From NCBI RefSeq assembly GCF_013122565.1, contig NZ_CP053258.1: a stretch of DNA of 64,000 nucleotides; one strand, 5' to 3'. The notes beneath the pieces were generated by a model. It was not told where the DNA came from and did no database searches. It worked only from the letters and a program-made list of their open reading frames with translations. Every line of letters starts with the position of its first letter. Position 1 is the first letter of the stretch. This DNA comes from Escherichia coli (GTDB taxonomy: Bacteria > Pseudomonadota > Gammaproteobacteria > Enterobacterales > Enterobacteriaceae). Below, in pieces: positions 1-10,497 of this stretch. Made by a program: the position numbers and the translations under genes.

Positions 1-375
1 ATAGCTGCCAATTTCAATATTGCTGCACATGACGCCCAGCAGCACCGAACGGTCGTCCGCGAGCACCGAGTAGTTATGCATGGTGTTACCAATGGTGCCA
101 CCCGCAAACTGATGGGTAATCAGGTTTTTCTGTTTTAGTTCCTGATAAAGCGCTTCGGCTACGTCATCCTCAATCACCAGTGAATGCCCGGCGCTTAATC
201 CATAACGCTCAATGAATTCATCATCCACTTTCGCTTCAATATCGACCAGCGTTTGATCGATACCCACTACCCAGGCAGCGCTGGTTTCGTTTTCTGGCTG
301 GAATTGCTGAAGCAGCGGATCGCGTGCATTTACGGGGAAGTAATGTTTGGATTTACGTTTACCGGGAAATTTCAT
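1..375 (-). CDS. gsk: inosine-guanosine kinase, N-terminal part (gene continues beyond window start)
   Basis: Reverse-complement translation from ATG at 373-375 reads MKFPGKRKSKHYFPVNARDPLLQQFQPENETSAAWVVGIDQTLVDIE..., recognised as Gsk; divergent from aes as in K-12. Absent from ORF track because it runs off the edge. Confidence 0.85.
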   Translation of the reverse strand, partial: MKFPGKRKSKHYFPVNARDPLLQQFQPENETSAAWVVGIDQTLVDIEAKVDDEFIERYGLSAGHSLVIEDDVAEALYQELKQKNLITHQFAGGTIGNTMHNYSVLADDRSVLLGVMCSNIEIGSY

Positions 376-526
376 GGTTGTTTTTACGGGTGGTTAACTG
401 AGCGGCGAATGTTAACACAATCTGACGGGAGCGCGCGAGACGCAGCCAGTTTCAATATCAGCAGGCGGGATCGCATTTTCATGGCAGTGGTTCCTTACAA
501 TGACGTCATTTGAAAGGAGTTTTTGC

Positions 527-1486
527 ATGAAGCCGGAAAACAAATTACCCGTTCTGGACCTTATCTCTGCTGAAATGAAGACCGTTGTGAATACTCTTCA
601 GCCGGATTTACCGCCCTGGCCCGCTACGGGAACGATTGCTGAGCAACGACAGTATTACACGCTTGAGCGCCGAATCTGGAATGCGGGCGCTCCAGAAATG
701 GCAACCAGAGCTTACATGGTTCCAACAAAATATGGGCAGGTGGAAACACGTCTCTTTTGTCCGCAGCCAGATAGCCCGGCGACGCTATTTTATTTGCATG
801 GCGGTGGTTTTATTCTCGGCAATCTCGATACCCACGATCGCATCATGCGCCTTTTGGCAAGCTACAGCCAATGTACGGTGATTGGCATTGATTACACCCT
901 TTCACCTGAAGCGCGTTTTCCGCAAGCGATAGAGGAAATTGTGGCTGCCTGTTGTTATTTCCACCAGCAGGCGGAGGATTATCAAATCAATATGTCCCGC
1001 ATTGGCTTTGCCGGTGATTCCGCAGGTGCCATGCTGGCGCTCGCCAGTGCGTTGTGGTTGCGTGATAAACAGATCGATTGCGGTGAAGTTGCGGGCGTTT
1101 TGCTGTGGTATGGGCTTTACGGATTACGGGATTCCGTGACACGTCGTCTGTTGGGCGGTGTCTGGGATGGCTTAACGCAACAGGAGTTGCAGATGTATGA
1201 AGAGGCGTATTTAAGCAACGACGCGGACCGCGAGTCGCCGTATTACTGTCTGTTTAATAATGATCTCACTCGCGAAGTTCCGCCCTGTTTTATTGCCGGG
1301 GCGGAGTTCGATCCGCTGCTGGATGACAGCCGTCTGCTTTACCAGACGTTAGCGGCGCATCAGCAGCCCTGTGAGTTCAAACTCTACCCAGGCACGCTGC
1401 ACGCCTTTTTGCATTATTCACGGATGATGAAAACCGCCGACGAGGCTCTTCGCGACGGCGCTCAGTTCTTTACCGCTCAGCTTTAG
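527..1486 (+). CDS. aes: acetyl esterase (alpha/beta hydrolase, HGGGF oxyanion motif, GDSAG nucleophile motif)
   Basis: ORF 500-1486; internal Met giving [12 protein letters not shown]... and 319 aa matches Aes; HGGG and GDSAG motifs visible. Confidence 0.93.
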
Positions 1487-2445
1487 CGATACGCGGCAAC
1501 AAGATTAGCCATCATTTCGATATGTTCCGGCGTGGCATTAAGCGCCGGAATATATTCATATTTTTTCCCGCCCGCACCGAGGAAGACCTCACGGTTTTGC
1601 TCGGCAATCTCTTCCAGCGTCTCCAGACAATCCGCAGCAAAGCCCGGGCACATCACCTGAATATGACCTACGCCTTTTTCTCCGAGCATTTTCAGCGTTT
1701 CGTCGGTATAAGGCATCAGCCAGGGTTCCCGGCCAAAGCGCGACTGAAAGGTCATCATCACTTTTTCCGGTGCCATCCCCAATGCGGAAGCCAGTTCACG
1801 AGTCGTTGTGCGGCAACGTTGCGGGTAATCATCGCCTTCATCGGCATAACGCTGGGGAATGCCATGATAAGAGAGCAGCAGCAGATCCGGTTCGCCATGT
1901 TTGGCAAAAGAAGCGCGTACGCTGTTCGCCAGTGCATTAATGTAATCGTGGTTATCGGCGTAATCACGTATAAACGATATCCCCGGAATGCTACGTTTGC
2001 GCGCCAGAATGCGTGCCAGTTCATCCCATACCGCACCGACCGTTGAACAGGAGTATTGCGGATAAAGCGGCAGCACCACAATATGATCTACATGCTCTGC
2101 CAGGAGTTCATCTACGGCGCTTTCCAGTGATGGCGAGCCGTAGCTCATTCCCAGCGCTACGGGCGTCTCCGGTAAACGTTGTGCCAGCGCCTGCTGTTGC
2201 TGGCGGCTGTAAACCATCAGTGGCGAGCCACCTTCCATCCAGACAGAGGCATACAGCTTCGCCACACGCGGCGAGCGCAGCGGCAAAATCACGCCGCGCA
2301 GCAATGGCCACCATAACAACCGTGAGGTATCAACCACGCGTCTGTCGCTTAAAAATTGTTTCAGATAGCGTTTTACCGCTTCAGGTGTGGGGGCATCGGG
2401 CGTACCCAGGTTTGCCAGCAGGATACCGGTTTTAGTCTGACGCAT
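1483..2445 (-). CDS. hemH: ferrochelatase
   Basis: 320-aa [31 protein letters not shown]... recognised as HemH; position between aes and adk as in K-12. Confidence 0.95.
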
Positions 2446-2576
2446 TACCGCCTCTTATCGATTCAACTTGTTGATAATTGTAGCGGAAAAGTGAAGAAGA
2501 AGAACTAATTGCTGTAAGAGGTATTGCCTGAGGAGGATGAGCAGACCTGCCCGAAAGCAGATCTGCTGCGGCTTGA

Positions 2577-3293
<717 letters not shown>

Positions 3294-3401
3294 TCAAGAA
3301 AGGCACCTGAGGCTGAAACGGTTAATGGCGAGATAATTTGCGGAAAGTGCAGATGATGAAAAGAAAAATGCCGGATGACACAAAGGTCATCCGGCATGAC
3401 A

Positions 3402-5276
3402 TCAGGAAACCAGCAGCTGGTTCATACGACGAATAAACAGGTTCGGATCTTCCAGCGTGCCGCGTTCTGCCAGCAGCGCCTGATCCAGCAGCAGTTCTAC
3501 CCACTCGCTGAACTTGGCTTCATCTTCAGTCTCTGCCGCACGTTTCACCAGTACGTGATCCGGGTTCAGTTCGAAGATGTATTTCACTTCTGGCACTTTC
3601 TGGCCCGCCGCAGCGAACAGTTTCGCCATCTGGGTGCTCATTTCATCCGCGTCGGTCGAAACGATCGCTGGCGTATCGGTCAGACGGTGAGTGAGACGGA
3701 CATCTTTCACGCGCTCGCCGAGCAGGGCTTTCACACGGTCGATGAACGGAGTCAGTGCTTTCTCCGCTTCTTTCGCGCTCTCATCAACTTCGTCAGCCAG
3801 TTTTTCCAGCGACTCGTCAACTTTAGACACCGACTGGAACGGTTTACCGTCGAACTCAGTCAGATAGTTCATCATCCACTCATCGATGCGGTCGGAAAGC
3901 AGCAGAACTTCGATGCCTTTCTTACGCAGCAGTTCCAGGTGCGGGCTGCTCTTCGCTGCCGCATAGCTGTCTGCAGTGATGTAGTAGATTTTCTCCTGCC
4001 CTTCTTTCATGCGGGAAACGTAGTCTTCCAGAGACACGGTCTGCGCAGAAGAATCGGTATGAGTAGAAGCAAAACGCAGCAGTTTGGCGATCGCTTCCTG
4101 GTTAGCGAAATCTTCTGCCGGACCTTCTTTCAGTACCAGGCCAAACTGTTGCCAGAAGGTCTGGTATTTTTCCGCGTCGTCTTTGGCCAGTTTTTCCAGC
4201 ATTTGCAGCACACGCTTGGTCAGCGCATTGCGCAGGTTACGCGTTACCGTGCTGTCCTGGAGGATTTCACGGGAAACGTTCAGCGGCAGATCGCTGGAGT
4301 CAATCAGACCACGCACGAAGCGCAGATAGTTCGGCATGAACTGTTCTGCGTCGTCCATGATGAACACACGCTGAACATACAGTTTCAGGCCGTGTTTATG
4401 ATCACGGTTCCACATATCCCACGGAGCCTGGGACGGGATGTACAGCAGGCTGGTGTACTCCTGCTTACCTTCAACACGGTTGTGGCTCCAGGTCAGCGGA
4501 TCGTTAAAGTCGTGGGCGATGTGTTTGTAGAACTCTTTGTACTCTTCATCGGTGATTTCCGACTTGTTACGAGTCCACAGCGCCTGCGCTTTGTTAATTT
4601 TCTCCCAGGAGATAACGGTTTCGCCGTCTTTCTCTTCGCGTTTTTCGATCTCTACCGGCAGCGCGATATGGTCGGAGTATTTGCTGATGATGGAACGCAC
4701 GCGCCAGTCATCGAGGAACTCGTCTTCGCCTTCACGCAGATGCAGGGTGATTTCAGTACCACGATCTTCTTTGGTGATGTCGGCAACGGTATATTCACCT
4801 TCGCCAGCCGATTCCCAGAACACGCCATTTTCTGGTTTTTCGCCTGCCGCGCGAGTACGCACGGTCACTTTGTCGGCCACGATAAACGCAGAGTAGAAAC
4901 CAACACCAAACTGACCGATCAGCTGGCTGTCTTTCGCCTGGTCAGAACCCAGGGATTCGAGGAATGATTTGGTACCGGATTTAGCGATAGTCCCCAGATG
5001 GTCGATCACTTCGTCGCGGGTCATCCCCACGCCGTTATCGGAGATGGTCAGCGTGCGCTTGTCTTTATCGAAAGAGACACGAACGCGCAGTTCGCCATCA
5101 CCTTCGTACAGGTCCGGGTTAGAGAGCGCACGGAAACGCAACTTGTCCGCCGCATCGGAGGCGTTAGAGATAAGCTCACGCAGGAAGATTTCTTTATTGG
5201 AATAGAGAGAATGGATCATCAGGTGCAGAAGCTGTTTCACTTCTGACTGAAAACCGCGAGTTTCTTGTCCTTTCAT
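3402..5276 (-). CDS. htpG: Hsp90-family molecular chaperone HtpG
   Basis: 624-aa [45 protein letters not shown]... recognised as HtpG. Confidence 0.97.
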   Translation of the reverse strand: MKGQETRGFQSEVKQLLHLMIHSLYSNKEIFLRELISNASDAADKLRFRALSNPDLYEGDGELRVRVSFDKDKRTLTISDNGVGMTRDEVIDHLGTIAKSGTKSFLESLGSDQAKDSQLIGQFGVGFYSAFIVADKVTVRTRAAGEKPENGVFWESAGEGEYTVADITKEDRGTEITLHLREGEDEFLDDWRVRSIISKYSDHIALPVEIEKREEKDGETVISWEKINKAQALWTRNKSEITDEEYKEFYKHIAHDFNDPLTWSHNRVEGKQEYTSLLYIPSQAPWDMWNRDHKHGLKLYVQRVFIMDDAEQFMPNYLRFVRGLIDSSDLPLNVSREILQDSTVTRNLRNALTKRVLQMLEKLAKDDAEKYQTFWQQFGLVLKEGPAEDFANQEAIAKLLRFASTHTDSSAQTVSLEDYVSRMKEGQEKIYYITADSYAAAKSSPHLELLRKKGIEVLLLSDRIDEWMMNYLTEFDGKPFQSVSKVDESLEKLADEVDESAKEAEKALTPFIDRVKALLGERVKDVRLTHRLTDTPAIVSTDADEMSTQMAKLFAAAGQKVPEVKYIFELNPDHVLVKRAAETEDEAKFSEWVELLLDQALLAERGTLEDPNLFIRRMNQLLVS

Positions 5277-5327
5277 GTAGGTCTACCTCAATAATGCCAT
5301 TTTAAGGTTAAAAACAGGATGAGGGAG

Positions 5328-5356
5328 AGATGGGGACAAGGGAGAATAATTTCAAG
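5328..5356 (-). promoter_or_regulatory. sigma32 (heat-shock) promoter of htpG
   Basis: Minus strand reads CTTGAAA-14 nt-CCCCATCT about 30 nt upstream of the htpG start, matching the sigma32 consensus CTTGAA/CCCCATnT. Confidence 0.7.
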
Positions 5357-5380
5357 CGAGAGCAGGTGATCCTGCTCTCG
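5357..5380 (-). terminator. perfect 10-bp stem hairpin (cgagagcagg/cctgctctcg, loop tgat) downstream of recR, abutting the htpG promoter -35
   Basis: Inverted repeat read directly; lies between recR stop and the htpG promoter; flanking U-richness is moderate. Confidence 0.5.
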
Positions 5381-5385
5381 TTTGC

Positions 5386-5990
5386 TTAAAAACGAATCTT
5401 ATGACGCCCGGCAAGGGAATGCGACAACGTGGTGCCGTCGACCATTTCCAGCTCGCCGCCAACCGGTACGCCATGAGCGATTCGGCTGGCTTCCACGTCA
5501 TATTGCGCGCAAAGCTCGGCAATGTAGTTAGCGGTAGCTTCACCTTCAACCGTGGGATTGGTGGCGAGGATCACTTCAGTGATTTTTTCCTCTGCCAGAC
5601 GCTGTTCCAGACGATCAAGCCCGATATCATCCGGACCGATGCCGTCCAGCGGTGACAGATGCCCCATCAACACAAAATAACGACCTGAAAACTGCCCCGT
5701 CTGCTCAATGGCGTAAATGTCCGCCGGACTCTCCACCACGCAGATTTGACCGTTTTCCTGACGACGCGGATTCGAACAGATGTTACAGACTTCCTGTTCG
5801 GTGAAGGTGCGGCAATCGGCGCAGTGGCCGATTTCCGACATCGCCCGGGTGAGCGCCTGCGCCAGACGCATCCCGCCGCTACGATCGCGCTGAAGCAGCG
5901 TGAACGCCATACGCTGCGCCGACTTCGGGCCAACGCCCGGCAGACAGCGCAGTGCTTCCATAAGCTGTGTTAACAGCGGGCTGGTTTGCA

Positions 5991-5991
<1 letters not shown>
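5386..5991 (-). CDS. recR: recombination protein RecR
   Basis: 201-aa [33 protein letters not shown]... with C4 zinc-finger cysteines; start overlaps ybaB stop. Confidence 0.96.
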
Positions 5992-6335
<344 letters not shown>

Positions 6336-6372
6336 TCACGTTAAGGATGACGAACGTAAGCTGTGCTTACGA

Positions 6373-8304
6373 TCAAATGGGGCGGATACTTTCTTCATCC
6401 AGCTCCGCATCGAAAAACCGACGCAGGGTCTGAATATTATTATCCGCAATAATGGACTCGCGCGCCTGCGCAAGTTTTTCTTCGTATATCGCCTGACGCC
6501 ACTCCAGCGGCGTACGCACCGCGGGATTATCATCTTCAACGATAGTCAGTTCAACCGTTGAACCTTTTAACATGCTCAACGCTTCAGCCAGTTTTTGCTG
6601 TGCACCGCGGTTGTTCAAATGCCGCTGAGAGGAGCGCAAATGCAGACATACTGCGTTATCACTCTCCTCTTTCCAGGCATTTAACGCCACCTGTTCGACC
6701 AGTTTTGGTAGCGAAAGTTGACTCACCTGAGCCGCCCACGCGTCGCGCTCAATGGCTTCTGCCGCCAGCTTCGCCGCCAGTTCCGGCGTTTTTTCATGTT
6801 CCAGCGCTTTTTTCAGCGCCTTCGGCGTGGCGACCACTTCTTTTTGCTGCATCACTGGAGTGGTCGCCTTCCAGCGATACGCTTCTTTTTTAGCTGGCGC
6901 TTTTTCCAGCGCCGATGGCACCGGACGCGCCTGAACGCGATCTGTGACCGAAGCCAGTCTTTCCAGCGCAGCGTTATTCACCGGCCGCGCGCGGGTAGCG
7001 GCTGCCGGTTCACTCTTTTTTGCTTTGGTTGCTCCCTGCACGCGCTGCAACTGCTGGCGCGCCGCCAGCACCTGGCTGGTGGTTTCCGGGAGCGGTACAG
7101 TCGGTGCCTGCTGCGGCGCTGATTGCGGTTGCGGCGGCACCTGGGTTGGGGTCATTACTGCCGTTGGCGCGACGGGTGCAAAGGACTGTCGTGGCACTTC
7201 TGGCTCAGGCAGCGGCATACGCGGATGGAATGCCAGCGCGCGCAGCAGCGTCATCTCAACGCCCATGCGGCGGTCCGGCGCATACGGTAATTCTTTGCGA
7301 CCAATCAACAGCGTCTGATAGTAAAGCTGAATATCCGTCGGCGGTATGGTGCGCGCCAGTTCACGCATCCGCAGCTCGATGGCGGCCATGTCGTTGCCAA
7401 GTGCAGCAGGCGAAAGTTGTACCATCGCAATACGATGCAACAGACCGAGCATTTCCACCAGCAACGCTTCCCACTCGATACCACGGGCAGCGGCTTCATT
7501 AATCAGCGCCATTACGCGCTCGCCGTTGGCCTCGACCATCGCTTCAACCAGCGACAGCGCCTGATCGTCGTCAAGCGTACCCAGCATCGTACTGACCGCC
7601 TGGGTTGAAACCTGGCCGTCACCGCTGGCAATCGCCTGGTCGGTCAGACTTAAGGCATCTCGCAGGCTGCCTTCAGCGGCGCGTGCCAGCAATTGCAGCG
7701 CCCGCGGCTCGTGAGCGATATGTTCTTCGTTGAGGATGTGCTCAAGCTGATGGCGAATTTGCTCGACATCCAGCGCCTTGAGATGAAATTGCAGACAGCG
7801 TGACAAAATCGTCACCGGCAATTTCTGTGGATCGGTCGTCGCCAGCAGAAACTTAACGTGCTCCGGCGGCTCTTCAAGGGTTTTTAACAGTGCGTTGAAG
7901 CTGTGGCGCGACAGCATATGCACTTCGTCGATGAGATAAACTTTGAAACGACCACGCGCCGGAGCGTACTGGACGTTATCCAGCAGGTCGCGGGTATCTT
8001 CAACTTTGGTGCGCGAGGCGGCGTCGATTTCAATCAGATCGACAAAGCGCCCCTGCTCGATTTCACGACAGTTATCGCACACGCCGCACGGCGTCGCGGT
8101 AATGCCGGTTTCGCAGTTTAGCCCCTTCGCCAGCAGTCGGGCGATAGAGGTTTTTCCGACGCCACGGGTACCGGAAAAAAGATAAGCATGATGAATACGC
8201 CCTAACGACAAGCCGTTCGCCAGTGCGGTCAGCACATGTTCCTGGCCGACGACGTCAGCAAAGGTTTGTGGGCGCCATTTTCGGGCTAAGACCTGATAAC
8301 TCAT
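6373..8304 (-). CDS. dnaX: DNA polymerase III tau subunit (gamma produced by -1 frameshift)
   Basis: 643-aa ORF MSYQVLARKWRPQTFADVVGQEHVLTALANGL... with Walker A GTRGVGKTS. Confidence 0.97.
   Translation of the reverse strand: MSYQVLARKWRPQTFADVVGQEHVLTALANGLSLGRIHHAYLFSGTRGVGKTSIARLLAKGLNCETGITATPCGVCDNCREIEQGRFVDLIEIDAASRTKVEDTRDLLDNVQYAPARGRFKVYLIDEVHMLSRHSFNALLKTLEEPPEHVKFLLATTDPQKLPVTILSRCLQFHLKALDVEQIRHQLEHILNEEHIAHEPRALQLLARAAEGSLRDALSLTDQAIASGDGQVSTQAVSTMLGTLDDDQALSLVEAMVEANGERVMALINEAAARGIEWEALLVEMLGLLHRIAMVQLSPAALGNDMAAIELRMRELARTIPPTDIQLYYQTLLIGRKELPYAPDRRMGVEMTLLRALAFHPRMPLPEPEVPRQSFAPVAPTAVMTPTQVPPQPQSAPQQAPTVPLPETTSQVLAARQQLQRVQGATKAKKSEPAAATRARPVNNAALERLASVTDRVQARPVPSALEKAPAKKEAYRWKATTPVMQQKEVVATPKALKKALEHEKTPELAAKLAAEAIERDAWAAQVSQLSLPKLVEQVALNAWKEESDNAVCLHLRSSQRHLNNRGAQQKLAEALSMLKGSTVELTIVEDDNPAVRTPLEWRQAIYEEKLAQARESIIADNNIQTLRRFFDAELDEESIRPI
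7010..7021 (-). promoter_or_regulatory. dnaX: dnaX programmed -1 ribosomal frameshift site (slippery A AAA AAG, then -1 frame stop)
   Basis: Minus strand reads GCA AAA AAG AGT GAA encoding ...KAKKSE...; heptamer A AAA AAG at 7015-7021; shifting -1 gives AAA AAA GAG TGA, so the gamma product ends at TGA 7010-7012. Confidence 0.9.
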
Positions 8305-8432
8305 TGGCAGGCTCTGAAACGCTGGAAGGTGGATTCACGAAGGGGTAATGCTAACACAGCCCCGTCAGAACGGCGAGGCTGAATGCACATCTTGTGCTGT
8401 CCGTAGCGTGGGCAGCACAAGACTGGTGATAA

Positions 8433-8984
8433 TTAATGGCCCGGGAACGGGACAAGGCTGTAGCTGGTAATGCCCTGTTTTTCGAGACGCTGTTCGCCGC
8501 CGAGATCGAACAGGTTGATAATGAACGCAGCGTCAGCCACTTCACCACCCAGACGACGGATCAGTTTAACGGTCGCTTCGATAGTGCCGCCGGTTGCCAG
8601 CAGATCGTCCACCACCAGAACTTTGTCGCCCGGTTTGATGGCATCAACGTGGATTTCCAGCTGATCGGTGCCGTATTCCAGATCGTAAGTTTCACTGATG
8701 GTTTCACGCGGCAGTTTGCCCGGTTTACGGACCGGTACAAAGCCAACGCCCAGACCCAGAGCTACCGGAGCGCCAAACAAGAAGCCACGCGCTTCGGTGC
8801 CGACAACTTTGGTAATGCCCGCATTTTTGTAACGCTCAACCAGCAAGTCGATGCTGAGAGCGTAAGCTTTCGGGTCTTCCAGTAAGCTGGTGACATCGCG
8901 GAAAAGAATGCCGGGTTTTGGGTAGTCCTGAATGCTTTTGATGCTATTTTTGAGATACTCAAGCTGCTGTGCAGTCGCGGTCAT
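8433..8984 (-). CDS. apt: adenine phosphoribosyltransferase
   Basis: ORF 8433-9038; internal start gives [35 protein letters not shown]... (183 aa). Confidence 0.95.
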
Positions 8985-9136
8985 AAGTGTATGCCTGCTT
9001 GTTACGGTGGTACTCACGGCGCGTTTTAAACGTATCAAAAGTAACAGTTGTTTAACCTTTGACCGCCTGCGCCTGTGCTCGAAAACGCCAGAATGTACTG
9101 GCTGTACGCAATAATTGCAACTGCGATTGTTGTGCT

Positions 9137-9514
9137 TCAGTGCTTTTCTTGCTTTTCATCAATCACCGGAATTCGCCACATATAGAAAAGCAAACAGGCG
9201 AGAATTACCAGCAACATGATGCGCACCCATGGCATCTGGACGAACCACAGAGAAATGGCAAACGTGAGCAAAATAAGCAAAATCGCCCGCGGTTTGACGC
9301 CGCGCGGCATCGCATGATGTTTCTGCCAGAAACGTAGATAGCTGCCAAACCATGAGCGGTACAGCAACCAGGCGTGAAAGCGCGGGGAAGAACGGGCAAA
9401 GCACCAGGCCGCCAGCAGGATAAACGGCGTCGTCGGTAATACCGGTAATACCACGCCCAGCGTACCCAGCACTACCGCCAGCCAGCCAATGATGATTAAA
9501 ATGATTCGTTGCAT
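9137..9514 (-). CDS. ybaN: DUF454 inner membrane protein YbaN
   Basis: 125-aa hydrophobic [34 protein letters not shown]...; position matches K-12. Confidence 0.9.
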
Positions 9515-9583
9515 ATTGAGTGTTGTCAGCTTACAGAGTGGCTACTTTAGCATAACAATTATCATTTTCATTGAGGTCTTATC

Positions 9584-10111
9584 GTGAAAACCGCCCTGCT
9601 GCTGGAAAAACTGGAAGGACAGCTCGCCACGCTGCGCCAGCGTTGTGCCCCGGTAGCGCAATTTGCCACGCTAAGTGCCCGCTTTGACAGGCACCTTTTT
9701 CAGACCCGTGCGACAACACTGCAGGCTTGTCTCGATGAGGCGGGCGATAATTTGGCTGCGCTTCGTCATGCGGTTGAGCAGCAACAGCTGCCGCAAGTCG
9801 CCTGGCTGGCAGAACATCTGGCGGCGCAACTGGAGGCTATAGCGCGTGAAGCCACAGCCTGGTCGCTACGCGAGTGGGATAGCGCACCACCCAAAATTGC
9901 CCGCTGGCAGCGTAAACGTATTCAGCATCAGGATTTTGAGCGGCGTCTACGTGAAATGGTTGCCGAACGCAGAGCCCGCCTGGCGCGGGTGACCGATCTC
10001 GTGGAACAGCAAACGCTGCATCGTGAAGTGGAAGCCTATGAAGCGCGCCTGGCGCGGTGTCGCCATGCGCTGGAAAAAATCGAAAACAGGTTAGCGCGTT
10101 TAACCCGCTAG
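9584..10111 (+). CDS. priC: primosomal replication protein N'' (PriC)
   Basis: 175-aa [33 protein letters not shown]...; position matches K-12. Confidence 0.92.
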   Translation: MKTALLLEKLEGQLATLRQRCAPVAQFATLSARFDRHLFQTRATTLQACLDEAGDNLAALRHAVEQQQLPQVAWLAEHLAAQLEAIAREATAWSLREWDSAPPKIARWQRKRIQHQDFERRLREMVAERRARLARVTDLVEQQTLHREVEAYEARLARCRHALEKIENRLARLTR

Positions 10112-10124
10112 CAATGGAGAGAGT

Positions 10125-10286
10125 ATGTCACTGGAAAATGCCCCCGACGATGTCAAACTGGCCGTCGATTTAATTGTGCTGCTGGAAGAAAATCAGATCC
10201 CAGCCCGCACCGTGCTGCGCGCGCTGGATATTGTAAAACGCGATTATGAAAAGAAATTAACGCGCGATGATGAGGCGGAAAAGTGA
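10125..10286 (+). CDS. ybaM: small DUF2496 protein YbaM (53 aa)
   Basis: Read manually: ATG 10125 ... TGA 10284-10286 encodes [53 protein letters not shown]; below the ORF-track size cut-off; 13 nt after priC. Confidence 0.85.
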   Translation: MSLENAPDDVKLAVDLIVLLEENQIPARTVLRALDIVKRDYEKKLTRDDEAEK

Positions 10287-10339
10287 GAAATAAATGGGGT
10301 GGCTAAATGTCCCCTAAGGTTGCGGGCAAACGCAAAACT

Positions 10340-10437
10340 GCCTGATGCGCTACGCTTATCAGGCCTACACCGCTCCTGCAATATATTGAATTCTTGCGGT
10401 TTCGTAGGCCGGATAAGGCGGTCACGCCGCATCCGGC
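10340..10437. repeat. REP/BIME element (two inverted REP units) between ybaM and mscK
   Basis: gcctgatgcgctacgcttatcaggcctac and inverted partner gtaggccggataaggcggtcacgccgcatccggc are typical E. coli REP sequences. Confidence 0.8.
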
Positions 10438-10497
10438 ATGAACAACGCGCACTTTGTTAGCAATCTCGGGGCAACTAAATGTCGCCCCCTTTTGTTT

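Noticed and set aside
500-526. N-terminal extensions in the ORF track (aes here; likewise adk, apt, ybaB, acrA, hha, ylaC, atl, tesB, glnK, mdlB, decR, cof, ybaE, lon, bolA, yajG, cyoD, cyoE, yajQ, yajL)
   Set aside because: Six-frame ORFs start at the first in-frame Met or alternative start; starts were moved to the internal Met that reproduces the known protein N-terminus and length and has a plausible RBS.
3375-4967. 530-aa plus-strand ORF
   Set aside because: Lies entirely antisense to htpG, whose product is unmistakable; low-complexity composition rich in R, F and Q typical of a shadow ORF in a GC-biased reading frame.
6718-7502. Several plus-strand ORFs of 124-160 aa
   Set aside because: All antisense to dnaX in its Ala/Pro-rich linker region, which creates long open antisense frames.
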